Notes: a model not told the origin generated them from the sequence alone. 64,000 nucleotides of DNA from Pelagomonas calceolata (GCA_918797485.1 CAKKNE010000002.1:5456001-5520000); one strand, 5' to 3'. Positions 31,442 to 41,957 are shown, counted from the stretch's first letter. Made by a program: numbers and translations.

Positions 31442-32509
31442 ATGAACAACGCCCGCGCCCCCTCCGGTTCATTAATAGCCTGCGATTCCAATGATGTCGT
31501 GAAAACCGCGAAGAACCAAAGAAAAAACAGAGTACTGGTCCAGCTGCCCGGTTTGTTGTCTCCACTAAGTGCGGGCGCGATCGGCACGCTGAAAAACATA
31601 GACGGAGAAACGCCGTCACTATCGTTAGATCTGCCCGACGGCTCGTCCCTCGAACTCACGGGACGGCGCCAGACCTCGTCAAGGGCGTTTATGAGTCTAA
31701 AAATGGGCGACGACGTGTTAGGTGTCAAAGATGTGTTTGAAACATTAATAGTCTTCGACTGCGACCAGGACTTGACAGATGCGCAAGCGGGAGACGCTTC
31801 TGCATTGAAAGGGCCCCCCGACTTCGAGTATGGTCTCTCAGCCGTCGCGGCGGCGGGCAAGGCCGCGAAGGCGCCTTCGCGGCGGTCTGGTGTCGTCTGC
31901 GATTCCAGTGGAGACGAAGAGGATGATGACGACCTGGACATTTTGGAGACGGAGCCGGGAAGTCGGCGGAGTTCCGGAAGGGCAAGGAAGCAGGTCAGTT
32001 ATAATGTCGGTAATGATGACGACGACGAGGAGGAGGAGGACGACGATGATGGAGGTGATTTTGATTTGGATGACGAGGTCCCTCTGAGTCCACCGCCCAA
32101 ACCCAAACGGAAAAAACGGGAGGAGGAGTTCGATCTCGACGACGAGGTTCCAATTAGTCCACCTAAGCCCAAGCCGAAGCCGCGGGCGCGCAAGGTCTCT
32201 GAACCAAAGCCCAAGGCCAAGCCGAAAAAGCGCGCTTCTTCGGACGACGACGTCGTGGAGCTCTCGTCCGACGACGACAAGCCAGCGCCGAAGAAACGCA
32301 AATCCAAAGCCGACTCCGACTCGGACAACGACTTCGAGGCCGACTCGCAGTCGCCCGTCAAGCCGCGGTCGTCGTCGTCGCGGGCGCGGAAGAAGGTGGG
32401 GTCGTACGCTATCGACGACGACGACGACGACGACGACGAGCCCGCGGCGGCCGAGGAGGACTCGGACGCGCCGATGGAGGACGACGACGACGACTTTGAA
32501 TTCGAGTAA
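31442..32509 (+). CDS. RHL1: RHL1-like DNA topoisomerase VI accessory protein
   Basis: DVVK..RKNRVLVQLPGLLSPLSAGAIGTL..PSLSLDLPDG..DVFETLIVF resembles the plant RHL1 core as I recall it; acidic/basic tail. Confidence 0.7.
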   Translation: MNNARAPSGSLIACDSNDVVKTAKNQRKNRVLVQLPGLLSPLSAGAIGTLKNIDGETPSLSLDLPDGSSLELTGRRQTSSRAFMSLKMGDDVLGVKDVFETLIVFDCDQDLTDAQAGDASALKGPPDFEYGLSAVAAAGKAAKAPSRRSGVVCDSSGDEEDDDDLDILETEPGSRRSSGRARKQVSYNVGNDDDDEEEEDDDDGGDFDLDDEVPLSPPPKPKRKKREEEFDLDDEVPISPPKPKPKPRARKVSEPKPKAKPKKRASSDDDVVELSSDDDKPAPKKRKSKADSDSDNDFEADSQSPVKPRSSSSRARKKVGSYAIDDDDDDDDEPAAAEEDSDAPMEDDDDDFEFE

Positions 32510-32556
32510 GGTTGTTCTCGTAGCTCTTGACCCTTCGCGCGCGTTTTTTCCAGCTT

Positions 32557-32588
32557 GCTAGTGTCTCACCTGAGCACAGCCGCTAAGC
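32557..32588. promoter_or_regulatory. CTAG-flanked upstream element, copy 11 (long-spacer variant)
   Basis: GCTAGTGTCTCACCTGAGCACAGCCGCTAAGC upstream of TenA. Confidence 0.5.
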
Positions 32589-32829
32589 TTGGCAGCAGCT
32601 CGCGTTTGGCAGCTACGCCACTTACAGATTGCGCCGAGCCGTGTGATTGCAGGGAGTCGTAAAGCGAACCCCACGCTCCGAGGTGCATCGCTTTTTTGCA
32701 TCTTAGTGCATCGATTTGATTGCTGCAGCAACTCTGCCACCTTGTTGCTGCAACTCTACGCGGAGCATCGATCTGCATTCTGCTCGCTGCAATCGCACAG
32801 ATAATCGTCCTAGCTGCTGTACACCAACG

Positions 32830-33564
32830 ATGGATGCAATGCCGCACACCAGCGCCATGTGGGCGGCCGCCGACGCCAGCGTGCGCGCGTCGGCGAAGCA
32901 TCCGTTTCTGCTAGCGATGCTCGACGGCACGCTGGCGCCGGTCAAGTTCGAGTACTACATCCGCCAGGACTCGAAGTATTTGCTCGACTTCGGGCTCGCG
33001 CTGCGGCGGCTCGCGGCCCTGGCGGGCGACGAGGAGGAGGCACTGGCTCTGAACAATTTCGCCGACGGCGCCGATATTGCCGAGCGGAGCCTCCACGCGT
33101 CGTTCTTCGCGGCCTGGGGCTTGGGCGAAGACGCCCTCGCGAAGGATGAACAAGCTCCAACGACTCTAGCGTACACGTCGTTTTTGTTGAGATGCGTCGC
33201 CGACGGGTATCGCGAGGGGCTGGCCGCGCTGCTGCCGTGCTTTTGGGTATACCACGACGTTGGCGTCAAGATGCTCGAGTTGCGCGCCACGACGTACCGC
33301 GACGCGACGCGGGCGCCGCAGCTCGACGCGTGGATCGACATGTACGGCGGCGACGCCTTCGCCGACGCCGTCAAGCGCTACCGCGCGCTCGTAGAACGCG
33401 CGGCGGCGGGTGCGGACGAGGCGACGCGCGCGCGCATGACCTACAACTTCCGCCGCGCGTGCGACCTCGAGTGGATGTTCTGGAAGGCGGCGCTCGACGA
33501 GACGCGATGGCCGACCTACGTCTCTGCGGTGCCGATGGTGAGCATGGATAGCATGGACGTGTAG
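32830..33564 (+). CDS. TenA/thiaminase II family protein
   Basis: HPFL..GTL..FEYYIRQD, LLPCFWVY with the catalytic Cys, WIDMY, LEWMFW. Confidence 0.9.
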   Translation: MDAMPHTSAMWAAADASVRASAKHPFLLAMLDGTLAPVKFEYYIRQDSKYLLDFGLALRRLAALAGDEEEALALNNFADGADIAERSLHASFFAAWGLGEDALAKDEQAPTTLAYTSFLLRCVADGYREGLAALLPCFWVYHDVGVKMLELRATTYRDATRAPQLDAWIDMYGGDAFADAVKRYRALVERAAAGADEATRARMTYNFRRACDLEWMFWKAALDETRWPTYVSAVPMVSMDSMDV

Positions 33565-33642
33565 TCTCTAGCCTATAAGTGATCCTGATTGTATTTAACT
33601 GGACCTTAGAAGTGACCTTAGGGTACCCCGCGCGAGGCGCCC

Positions 33643-35166
33643 TCACCGCGTCTTCTCCCAGTCCTGAGGCTGAGGCTGAGGCTCTTCGTCCGAGTCGGAC
33701 TCGTCGTCCTCCTCGCCGCCGCCGATCCAGCTGCGGCAGCGGTCGGCCGCCGTGTTCGCCGTGAGGGTCGAGAGCCACTTGATGGAGGGCCGGGGGCAAC
33801 TCTTGCTGGTGACGGGGCCCGAGAGCATGCGGTAGACCGTCGCGGCGCCGGCGGCCCGCAGTTTGTCGTGCGCCGACAGGTAGCGCGAGAAGTAGCAGAG
33901 CGAGTGTTCCATGTCCACAGCCGTAAGGGGCCTGCGCCGGCCGTCCTTGACCTGGTACGGGAACGCGAGGCCGAGCTTGGCGAATTCGGCGTCAGCGTTC
34001 TTGGCGAGCCAGGCGATGCGCGCGACGACCTCCTCGTCGTCTAGCCGCTTCGCCTTCCAGAGCGCGAGGACCATGTTCTTGGGGCCCGGACCGAAGGAGC
34101 AGAACTCTTCCATGCTCGACACGTCGAGCCGCGGCGCGAATTTCGTGAAATCACTCTTGCAGACGCCGTAGGCGAACGTCAGGAGGCCCTGGCCGCCGAC
34201 GAACTGCCCCGCGCCGGAGAGCAGTTGGACGGCCGCGCACGCCTCCTTCCAGGTCTCGGACGCGGCGAGCTCGGCGACGACGCTGTCGATCTGCTTGAGG
34301 CGCTGGTCGTAGTAGGAATCCACGAGGCGCCTGCCCTGGACCTGGTAGCTCGCTGAGAAGAATGGGCCCGGTTCGTTGCGCATGATTGGCTTTGCGAATC
34401 GGATGAAGTTCTTGACCTCCTCACGGTTGGCCGGGAGGTTGAGGCCCTTCATTTGACCCTTGGACATGCGGAACCAGTCCCCGGGCGTCTGTTCCGTCCA
34501 GCGGCGGAGGAAGTCTACTCGCCAGCCGTCCATCTCCGCGACGCACATGGAGAGAGCCGCCGCGATGCCCTCGGGCGACTCGAGCGTGAGGCCCAGGTGC
34601 TCGATCTTGGCCCGCACGAAGTCCCCCGTCACGCGGTCTCCCGAGTCCAGATAGCGGCCGACGTTGCCCCACTTGGCCACCTCCATGAGTTTCTTCCCAA
34701 AACCCCAGCCTCCTTGGCCCTCCGTCGGCAACTCCGCGGGCGGCAGCTCCACGCCGCTGCCGACGACGCGTTCTCGCGGATACATGCGGCGGCGCTGCGT
34801 CGCCCGGAACCAGAGGAACTCGTAGTAGAGCTTGGCGACGCGCTTGTCCCGCGGGGCGCCACATTCTGCGCTCGTCGGCCCGCTGCCGCCGGATCTCTTC
34901 TGCTTCTTGCGCACGGGCGTGCCGGCCGGCGCGTCGTCGTCGTACGAGTCGTCGTCGCTGCTGCTCTCGTCTTCCATCGGCTGCTCGCGGAGCAACAGGC
35001 GCTCCGGTATTTGCGTCTCTTCGCCGTCGTCGAAGCTCACGTTCCACGTCGTCTCGCCGAGGCGCTTGTCCAGCGTGCCCCTGGCAGGTCCAGCCTTGTA
35101 CTGCACCCAGGCAACGTCTCCATTCTTCCAGACCTTCGCAGCGACGCGGCGGCTCCTGCTGCTCAT
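33643..35166 (-). CDS. Tudor-like domain + aGPT-Pplase1/HMUDK-helical-like DNA-modification domain
   Basis: N-terminal GDVAWVQY..WNVSFDDGEE; KWGNVGRYLD, SFGPGP, LTAVDMEHSLCYFSRY. Confidence 0.65.
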   Translation of the reverse strand: MSSRSRRVAAKVWKNGDVAWVQYKAGPARGTLDKRLGETTWNVSFDDGEETQIPERLLLREQPMEDESSSDDDSYDDDAPAGTPVRKKQKRSGGSGPTSAECGAPRDKRVAKLYYEFLWFRATQRRRMYPRERVVGSGVELPPAELPTEGQGGWGFGKKLMEVAKWGNVGRYLDSGDRVTGDFVRAKIEHLGLTLESPEGIAAALSMCVAEMDGWRVDFLRRWTEQTPGDWFRMSKGQMKGLNLPANREEVKNFIRFAKPIMRNEPGPFFSASYQVQGRRLVDSYYDQRLKQIDSVVAELAASETWKEACAAVQLLSGAGQFVGGQGLLTFAYGVCKSDFTKFAPRLDVSSMEEFCSFGPGPKNMVLALWKAKRLDDEEVVARIAWLAKNADAEFAKLGLAFPYQVKDGRRRPLTAVDMEHSLCYFSRYLSAHDKLRAAGAATVYRMLSGPVTSKSCPRPSIKWLSTLTANTAADRCRSWIGGGEEDDESDSDEEPQPQPQDWEKTR

Positions 35167-35242
35167 GATGAGATGCAATCGCTTGCAGATTAGGCAAGTA
35201 GGCAACACAGGGGCAGCTTTTTTTTGGGAGAGCCCGAAGCCT

Positions 35243-35265
35243 GCTAGCGCATGTAAGACACTAGC
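35243..35265. promoter_or_regulatory. CTAG-flanked upstream element, copy 12
   Basis: GCTAGCGCATGTAAGACACTAGC in a divergent promoter. Confidence 0.7.
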
Positions 35266-35394
35266 AAGCCTTACAGCTTGGCAAGTGGTGCAGCTTGCCT
35301 TGCTTGCAACTAATCGCGTCTAGAACACTCGCGCTGCAGCGCATCGATCACCGACAGCCGTGCGGAGCATCGATTTTGCAAAGCAACACCTAGG

Positions 35395-36255
35395 ATGCGC
35401 CTGCTGACCCTGCTCCTCGCCACCACGATGGCCACGATGGCCGCAGCTCTCCGCAAGGTCCTCGTCACGGGCGCCAACAAGGGCATCGGGAAAAGAATAG
35501 CGACACGAATTCTCACCGACGTCGAGGACAGCTTCGTTTATTTGGGCGCGCGAGACGCGGGCCGCGGCGCCGACGCCGTGGCCGACATATTAGCGGAGTA
35601 TCCGCAAGCCGAGGGCCGCCTCGAGCTCCTGGAGCTCGACACGGAGTCGGACGCCTCCGTACAAGCGGCGGCGGCGAAGGTCGATTCCTTGTGGGGCCTC
35701 TGCAATAATGCCGGCGTCGGGTTTGGTAGAACCATCGCGGACACGCTCTCCCCCAATTACTACGGTAGTAAACGCGTCTGCCAGGCGTTCCTGCCCAAGG
35801 TCGAGAGCCGGATCTGCAACATCGGCTCGGCGTCGGCGCCGAACTTCGTCAGCGGCCTCGGCGACGCATCCCTCAAGGCCTTCTTCACGTCGTCGGACAC
35901 GTCCCTCGAGGACCTGGAGAAGAAGCTTGATGAGTATTCCGCCGCGCCGGATTACGAGGGCGTCGCCTACGGCCTCTCGAAGGCGTCTTTGCATGTCCTG
36001 ACGATGCAGCTCCAGAAGGCGCACCCCTCGTTGTTCATCAACACGTGCTCGCCGGGCTACGTCCTCACCGATTTAACAGCTGGCATGGGCGCCTCGAAGA
36101 CGCCGGAGCAGTCGAACTGCCACGTCGCGCCGCTCCACATCTTGTTCGGCGACGACGTCGCCCACGGCTGGTACTACGGGAGTGATGCGGTCCGGTCGCC
36201 GCTCGACGTCTACCGCGGGCCCGGCGACGCGCCGTACGAGAGCGATACTTGGTAA
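35395..36255 (+). CDS. Short-chain dehydrogenase/reductase (carbonyl reductase-like)
   Basis: VTGANKGIG, NNAG, YGLSK, PGYVLTDL. Confidence 0.9.
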   Translation: MRLLTLLLATTMATMAAALRKVLVTGANKGIGKRIATRILTDVEDSFVYLGARDAGRGADAVADILAEYPQAEGRLELLELDTESDASVQAAAAKVDSLWGLCNNAGVGFGRTIADTLSPNYYGSKRVCQAFLPKVESRICNIGSASAPNFVSGLGDASLKAFFTSSDTSLEDLEKKLDEYSAAPDYEGVAYGLSKASLHVLTMQLQKAHPSLFINTCSPGYVLTDLTAGMGASKTPEQSNCHVAPLHILFGDDVAHGWYYGSDAVRSPLDVYRGPGDAPYESDTW

Positions 36256-36266
36256 CACATCACAAT

Positions 36267-37232
36267 TTACGTAGGAAGCCGCCGCTGTGCTGCGAGTTGG
36301 CAGTAGCGCGAGGCGACCGAGTCCTTGAAGTGCCGCCGCGCGAGCGCCTGCGCGAGGTCCGGGGACTCGCGGAGGACCGCGGCGCGGGCCGCACTACATG
36401 TGCGCAGTGCGGCCGGGTCCGGCGCGGCGGCGCCGTACTCGGCGACCTGGCGCTCGTGCCGTGTGACGGCGGCCGCGTAGAGCGCCGCGTCGCGGGGCGC
36501 GCGCGCCTCGACGGCCCGCCGGAGCCACGAAGGGATGGCTCGGCCGCGAGGGGTCTCGCGCGCGCGCGCCGTCGGCAGGAGGCACGCGGCCTCAGGCGGC
36601 CAGCCGAGCGCCGCCGCGAAGAGCGCGAGGGACACGTTCATGGCTTCCGTGAGACCCACGACAAAGGGCGCGAGCGCGTCTTCCGGTGGCCCTGTGCCGA
36701 GGACGTCCTCGTACTCGCGGAGCCCTGTGCCCTTCGTCTGGTCGGTGAAGCGCGCGTCGTAGGCGTCCAGCAGTTCCGCGAATGCCGCGGGCGTCGAGGC
36801 CGCCGGGTCCTGGAGCAGGGCACGCGCCTTCGCGAGCAGCGTCGGGTTCCTAACGAAGGGCGGGCGGAAGAAGTAGGAGATGAGCGAGAGGGTGCGGTCG
36901 GCGGGATCGCGCAGCATCACAAAAAGCTTGGAACAGTTCGCGGCTCGAAACGGCGCCGACCCGTGGAGCGCGTACGCGCGGGCCGTGCCGTGCCGCCAGG
37001 GCGGGAACGCGCCCTTGAGGCGCGCGTCGGCGCGGCCGCAGCGCTCCGGGAAGACGCCTCGCCGCTGCGCGCATTCGAAGAAGCCCGCGGCCGTCGTCGA
37101 GCCCACCTTGTGCAGCTTGAGGAAGATCGGCGGTGCGTCGCCGCGCGCCGCGCCGGCGGCCGGCCGCTCGCTGAGGCAGACACCGACTGCGAAAGCTATC
37201 AGTGCCTGGCGGCTCGATGCGCTGCCTTGCAT
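36267..37232 (-). CDS. Golgi-type carbohydrate sulfotransferase (Gal-3-O-sulfotransferase-like)
   Basis: 5'-PSB motif FLKLHKVGSTT; 3'-PB motif LRDPADRTLS; DAALY. Confidence 0.8.
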   Translation of the reverse strand: MQGSASSRQALIAFAVGVCLSERPAAGAARGDAPPIFLKLHKVGSTTAAGFFECAQRRGVFPERCGRADARLKGAFPPWRHGTARAYALHGSAPFRAANCSKLFVMLRDPADRTLSLISYFFRPPFVRNPTLLAKARALLQDPAASTPAAFAELLDAYDARFTDQTKGTGLREYEDVLGTGPPEDALAPFVVGLTEAMNVSLALFAAALGWPPEAACLLPTARARETPRGRAIPSWLRRAVEARAPRDAALYAAAVTRHERQVAEYGAAAPDPAALRTCSAARAAVLRESPDLAQALARRHFKDSVASRYCQLAAQRRLPT

Positions 37233-37575
37233 GTTGATGCAATCGATTTGAAAAGGCGACAGGGCAGCCCTCCCTCACTGTGGTCGTTGCGGATCCATGT
37301 GCATGGCGTCGTGGGCAGCACACACTTTGGACCCTGGAATCTGAAAATTAATAGCAACCATGCTAGCGTGCGGGCTGCCGCTTTCAGCGAAGCTGTGACG
37401 AGTCGGGACGCCTGCGAGTCGCTGAACCAGCGATCCATGTCACCACAAAACCCGTCCTAACCTACTAGTCGGCGACGCTCACCAAAACAAGCAGCTAAAA
37501 TCGCCGCGCGCAAGCCCACAGCTGCGCCGCAACAGCCAAACACTCGTCCGCAACAGCCAAACAGTCGTCGCAACC

Positions 37576-37971
37576 ATGTCCGCCACCCTCGAAGAGCTCG
37601 AGAAGCAGGCCGCCGAGAAGACCAAGAGTCTCGAGACGGAAACGGTCCACCGCATCCGCATCACGCTCACGTCGCGCGACGTCAAAGCGCTGGAGACGGT
37701 CTGCGCCAACCTCAAAAGGGGCGCCGTCGACAAGAAGTTGAAAGTGAGCGGCCCTGTGCGCATGCCGACGAAAAAGCTGCGCATCACGACGCGCAAGTCG
37801 CCCTGCGGCGAGGGTACCAACTCGTGGGACCGCTTCGAGATGCGCATCCACAAGCGCGTCATCGACCTCCACTCGCCGTCCGAGGTCGTGAAGCAGATCA
37901 CGTCTATCCCCATCGAGTCCGGCGTCGAGGTCGAGGTGACGATCGCGGACGCCGAGGAGACGACGAAGTAA
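37576..37971 (+). CDS. RPS20: 40S ribosomal protein S20 (uS10)
   Basis: [46 protein letters not shown]. Confidence 0.98.
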   Translation: MSATLEELEKQAAEKTKSLETETVHRIRITLTSRDVKALETVCANLKRGAVDKKLKVSGPVRMPTKKLRITTRKSPCGEGTNSWDRFEMRIHKRVIDLHSPSEVVKQITSIPIESGVEVEVTIADAEETTK

Positions 37972-38137
37972 GCGCTTCGCCGTCGCTCGGGCGCGCCCGT
38001 CGGGCGGCACCTCACCCTGACCGTGTTGGTCGGGGGAGGCCAGCGGACCATCTGTGTCCAGCCGTCTCACTTCTCGCGTGGCCTAGGCTTATATTTAACT
38101 ACCGCGTTCGCATCTACAAATACCACAGTTAAACAAA

Positions 38138-38851
38138 TCACCCCCTCGCCGCACTGTACGTCCGCCGCGCCGGCACTGACACGAGTTCACGACTGGGCAG
38201 GAAGACGCCCGTCAGTTTACCACCATAACAACAGCCCGTGTCCAGCCCGATGGCGAAGGGGAATTTTTGCAAACCGCGCCGCGCGTCGTGGCCGAAGATC
38301 ACGAGCGGCGCCTCATCTCTTAGTTCCGCCCAGGACGCGTCGCCGGGCTTTGCAGAAGGCGCGCCTCCCTCAAGGGACCGCATCGTCGTCATGTGTTGTG
38401 GAGACTGGTCCTCCAGCTTTGTGGAGGGCCTCAGCCCGGCGTGCACAACAATTGCATCGACATGCGGCAGCGTGAGCGTGTGCGGTAAGTTACGAAGCCA
38501 CGCCGCATCATCAGTACTCATGTCTCTCACATACGAATACTCGTCCTTCAACTCATCCACCCCATCGAACAACCGCAAACATTTGTCGTCGTGGTTGCCG
38601 CGCACTGCCCAAATTTCATGCTCGCGGCAGTAGCGGATCACCTCGAGCGATTTGGGACCCTTGTTCACAAGGTCGCCTACCAATACAAGTCGCGTCGCCC
38701 CGTCGTCGTACTGCGCCTTCCTCAGGAGATCCTGGAGCTCGTCGAGGCAGCCGTGCACGTCGCCAACCACGAAATAGCGGGCCGCCGCCGGCGCCGTCGC
38801 GTGGCGCACCGGTCTCGCGCCGCCGACTAAGGTGCTCAGGAAGGCGCCCAT
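38138..38851 (-). CDS. ApaH-like metallophosphoesterase
   Basis: GDVHGC, GDLVNKG, RGNHD, HAG, FGHD, LDTGC; possible N-myristoylation start MGAFLS. Confidence 0.9.
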   Translation of the reverse strand: MGAFLSTLVGGARPVRHATAPAAARYFVVGDVHGCLDELQDLLRKAQYDDGATRLVLVGDLVNKGPKSLEVIRYCREHEIWAVRGNHDDKCLRLFDGVDELKDEYSYVRDMSTDDAAWLRNLPHTLTLPHVDAIVVHAGLRPSTKLEDQSPQHMTTMRSLEGGAPSAKPGDASWAELRDEAPLVIFGHDARRGLQKFPFAIGLDTGCCYGGKLTGVFLPSRELVSVPARRTYSAARG

Positions 38852-39057
38852 GACGCGGCGCATCGATTTGTGAGCTCTGCACCGCTTGCGCCCGCACAGC
38901 TGTGGCGCTTAGGCAGCCCAGGTGTGGAGGCGCCCTGCACTCGCGAGTTTCAGCGCCGCAGCGGTGGCGTGCTCGGTACGACGGATCGATTAGATGCCGC
39001 GTGGCGATCGGGGGTGCCAGAGCGTCCTTGTTTGCCGTTTTTTAGCTGAGCTTGCGA

Positions 39058-39080
39058 GCTAGCGGCCTGTAACACACTAG
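39058..39080. promoter_or_regulatory. CTAG-flanked upstream element, copy 13
   Basis: GCTAGCGGCCTGTAACACACTAG in a divergent promoter. Confidence 0.7.
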
Positions 39081-39280
39081 GCAGCATGCAAAAAGCAGCT
39101 GAAGTGCCACTTACGCTGCCGTAGAGATCAAAATCCGGACTCGTCAGTTTTCCTCTGTGAAGCCAACATACGTGCGCGACGCTGCATACGGCAATCAGCT
39201 GCCTACACTGGGCAGCAGCCACTCAGCACCACTCAGCATCAGCACTCAGCAGCGCTCAAGCAGCAGTCGGTCAAAGCAAA

Positions 39281-40135
39281 ATGTATGCCACCCTCAAGCA
39301 GTTCGGCCTCCCAGCCGTCGCCGGCTCGACGGCGGTATTGGCGAGCCACCCGCTGGAGCTCGTGAAGAGCCGCCTGCAGCTCGACAACGAGTTACGGGCG
39401 CGAGGCGCGAAGTCACAATATAACGGCTGGCTCGACTGCGTCAAGACGTCGTGGGCGCGGGGCGGCGCGCGGGACCTGTGGCGCGGCGTCCAGTTCGGCG
39501 TGGCGCGGGAATTCGTCTTCAACGCCGCGCGCATCGGGAGCTTTGATTTCTTTAAAGTCCTCCTCGCGGATTTCCCGCCGATCTTCGCGGGCTTCTGCAG
39601 CGGCGCGCTGGGCGGCTGCGTGGCTAATCCCGTAGAGGTGCTCAAGGTCCGCGCCCAAGCGTTGGGCGGCTTGACGGGCCACCAACATCACAAGTCGGAC
39701 GTGGGCCTCGTCTCCACATTACGGCGCGTCGCGCACGAGGAGGGCGGGCGGACGCTCGCGACGACGGGCCTCGGCACGTCCATCGTGCGCGGCATGCTCG
39801 GGCCCGGCACGCAGCTGCCCTGCTACTACGAGCTCAAGCGGCGGTGCTCCCTGATAGGTTTCGAGGGCCCCCTGGCCCACGGCTTCTGCTCCGCGGCGTC
39901 CGCAGGGGCGTCCATCCTCTTCTGCAACCCGGCGGACGTCGTGCGGACGCGATTATATAACCAGCCCCCCGGCAAGGCGAGATACCGCCACGCCGGCGAC
40001 GCGGTCGCGAAGATTCTGGCGACGGAGGGCCCGCTCGGCTTCTACAAGGGCGCGCTCAGCCACTACGCGCGGCTCGGGCCGCATTTGGTACTGGTGTTCC
40101 TCGTGCTGGAGCGGTTGAGGGTTGTCGTCCCGTAA
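39281..40135 (+). CDS. Mitochondrial carrier (SLC25; Oac1/SLC25A34-35-like)
   Basis: Three Px[DE]xx[KR] signatures: HPLELVK, NPVEVLK, NPADVVR. Confidence 0.9.
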   Translation: MYATLKQFGLPAVAGSTAVLASHPLELVKSRLQLDNELRARGAKSQYNGWLDCVKTSWARGGARDLWRGVQFGVAREFVFNAARIGSFDFFKVLLADFPPIFAGFCSGALGGCVANPVEVLKVRAQALGGLTGHQHHKSDVGLVSTLRRVAHEEGGRTLATTGLGTSIVRGMLGPGTQLPCYYELKRRCSLIGFEGPLAHGFCSAASAGASILFCNPADVVRTRLYNQPPGKARYRHAGDAVAKILATEGPLGFYKGALSHYARLGPHLVLVFLVLERLRVVVP

Positions 40136-40232
40136 CGGAACCGGCACCGCCACGCTATCGAGCAGGCGTCGCGTCGATGGCGTGGAGGTCGACGCGACGA
40201 TCCAGGGCAAATTAATATGTAGTAGTATGTGC

Positions 40233-41528
40233 TTAGACCTCGACGACGGGGTCCGCCGAGCCGAAGGGGTCGTCGTTGTTCGAAGCGCTAGCGCCACCAC
40301 CCGTCGAAGATGCAGTTGAACGCTGGGACTGGTACTCGTAGGCCTGGCGCGCGGCCGAACGCCGCCGTCGCGCCTCGAGCTCGCCGAAGAAGCCGCCCAG
40401 CTCCTCGTATAAACATTGGGCCGCGGGCGGCTGCTTGACGCGACCTCTCAAAACATCGGCAGGAGCGACCTTCTTGCCGTAGAACTTGAGATTTACATCA
40501 TCCCGCACGCGCAGATTCGCGCCGTTCAACGAGATGCCCCCATAAAAACCGCGCGTCTGCGAGTACGTCGTGGAAGTCGTCGCCGACGCGTCCGAAGCAC
40601 CGAGCACCTCACCGGACGCCGAGCGACCAAGGGGCCCCAGGGCTAGTGACGCGTCGAACCCCACACTGATCTTGGTGGTATGTGCATCTGCCAATTCGGT
40701 AACAGCGGTGTCGTCGAGAGCTGTCACCGTGTCGGAAATCCCGATGCCGAACATGGCCCCGAAGGACAAGCCTAGCGTGCCGACCGCACACGGGGCGCTC
40801 CACGACCCGTCCGGTAGCTTCGCAATGACTAGTCCCGTACCCACCCTTAAACCACCAATCATCGCCATCTTGGCGATTGTGAGAAAGAGTAACCCTCGAG
40901 CGCCTTGCAACTGATCATGGAACACCTGGGCGTCCTTCTCCCAAAAATTCACATTGTCTCCTAGTAGATTCCTTAGGGTAATGCCTGCCTTCCGGACTTC
41001 CCCTCCTAATGTGAAGCGTAGAGGCGAATTCAGATAGCGTGTAGACGCGTCGTTATCAATGTGATTGGCCTTGTTCTGATTAGAGTTCGAATCGATCCAC
41101 TGCTGCTGGTAGGGCTGGACCTGCGACGCACACGCAGCGCACACCTTCTGCGGGTCGCGCGTAGCGTAGCCACAGAGCCCCTCCCACTGCGGCGGCATCA
41201 ACATACTTCGCTGCGTGCAGTTGTAGCAGAAGACGCCGCCACAATATCTACAGTGGTGCCTCCGCGCGAACGTCTCGAACCGCGATCGGCAGGTGGGACA
41301 TTGATCAACAGCGGCATCAGGCTGCCAGGCCGGCGGCCGCTCCTTGAGTTGGGGTGCGGGCGGCTCGCTGGCGCGCCGTTCGACGATATCGTCCCTGGAA
41401 CTGGTCGTCCGTCTCGGCTGGTCGCTTCTTCTAGGGAAGCTCTCTGTGGTTGAGCGGCGGCGCGGGAAGTCCTCGGTCGACGCCGCGGGGGCGAAGTCGT
41501 CGAAGCCGCCGGCGTCGAAGTTGGACAT
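40233..41528 (-). CDS. FYVE zinc finger + SYLF/Ysc84 domain protein
   Basis: WQPD..CPTC..RRHHCRYCGGVFC; GTGLVIAKLPDGSWSAP..GFYGGISLNG. Confidence 0.9.
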   Translation of the reverse strand: MSNFDAGGFDDFAPAASTEDFPRRRSTTESFPRRSDQPRRTTSSRDDIVERRASEPPAPQLKERPPAWQPDAAVDQCPTCRSRFETFARRHHCRYCGGVFCYNCTQRSMLMPPQWEGLCGYATRDPQKVCAACASQVQPYQQQWIDSNSNQNKANHIDNDASTRYLNSPLRFTLGGEVRKAGITLRNLLGDNVNFWEKDAQVFHDQLQGARGLLFLTIAKMAMIGGLRVGTGLVIAKLPDGSWSAPCAVGTLGLSFGAMFGIGISDTVTALDDTAVTELADAHTTKISVGFDASLALGPLGRSASGEVLGASDASATTSTTYSQTRGFYGGISLNGANLRVRDDVNLKFYGKKVAPADVLRGRVKQPPAAQCLYEELGGFFGELEARRRRSAARQAYEYQSQRSTASSTGGGASASNNDDPFGSADPVVEV

Positions 41529-41695
41529 CTTCGTCTCGGGGAGGCTGTGCTTTTTACCAGGCGCTCGAGCTCGGCTCAAATTGCTCCGGGGGCTAGTTGC
41601 CGCTAGAAGCAATGGCTGGTGTGCCAGCCTCGGTCGTACGGCGCTTGGGGGGTGCTTAATCCAGCGCAAACTTTGCAAAAGCCGGCGCCGAACGC

Positions 41696-41719
41696 GCTAG
41701 CGTCCAGTAAGACACTAGC
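41696..41719. promoter_or_regulatory. CTAG-flanked upstream element, copy 14
   Basis: GCTAGCGTCCAGTAAGACACTAGC in a divergent promoter. Confidence 0.7.
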
Positions 41720-41957
41720 CAGAGGACGGCCATCGACTTGCTCCGCTGCGTGTGTGTCGCTTAGCGTTGTCGGCTGCATACGTTTAGCTCACAAAAAATC
41801 ACCGTTCAATCACTCGCTGCGCCTCCGCCGACGCCGAGCCGCGCCGCGCCGCCAAAACACCCGCCGAGCAGCGCCGCCGCCAACCAGCCAGCCGCGCGCC
41901 GACGCCGCGCCGAGCGCCGCCAACCAGCCGCGCGCCGAAGCGCCGCCGCCACCACCC

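Noticed and set aside
32510..33640. TPP riboswitch near the TenA gene
   Set aside because: I found no CTGAGA..TGAACC/TGATC-type aptamer signature in the short flanks.
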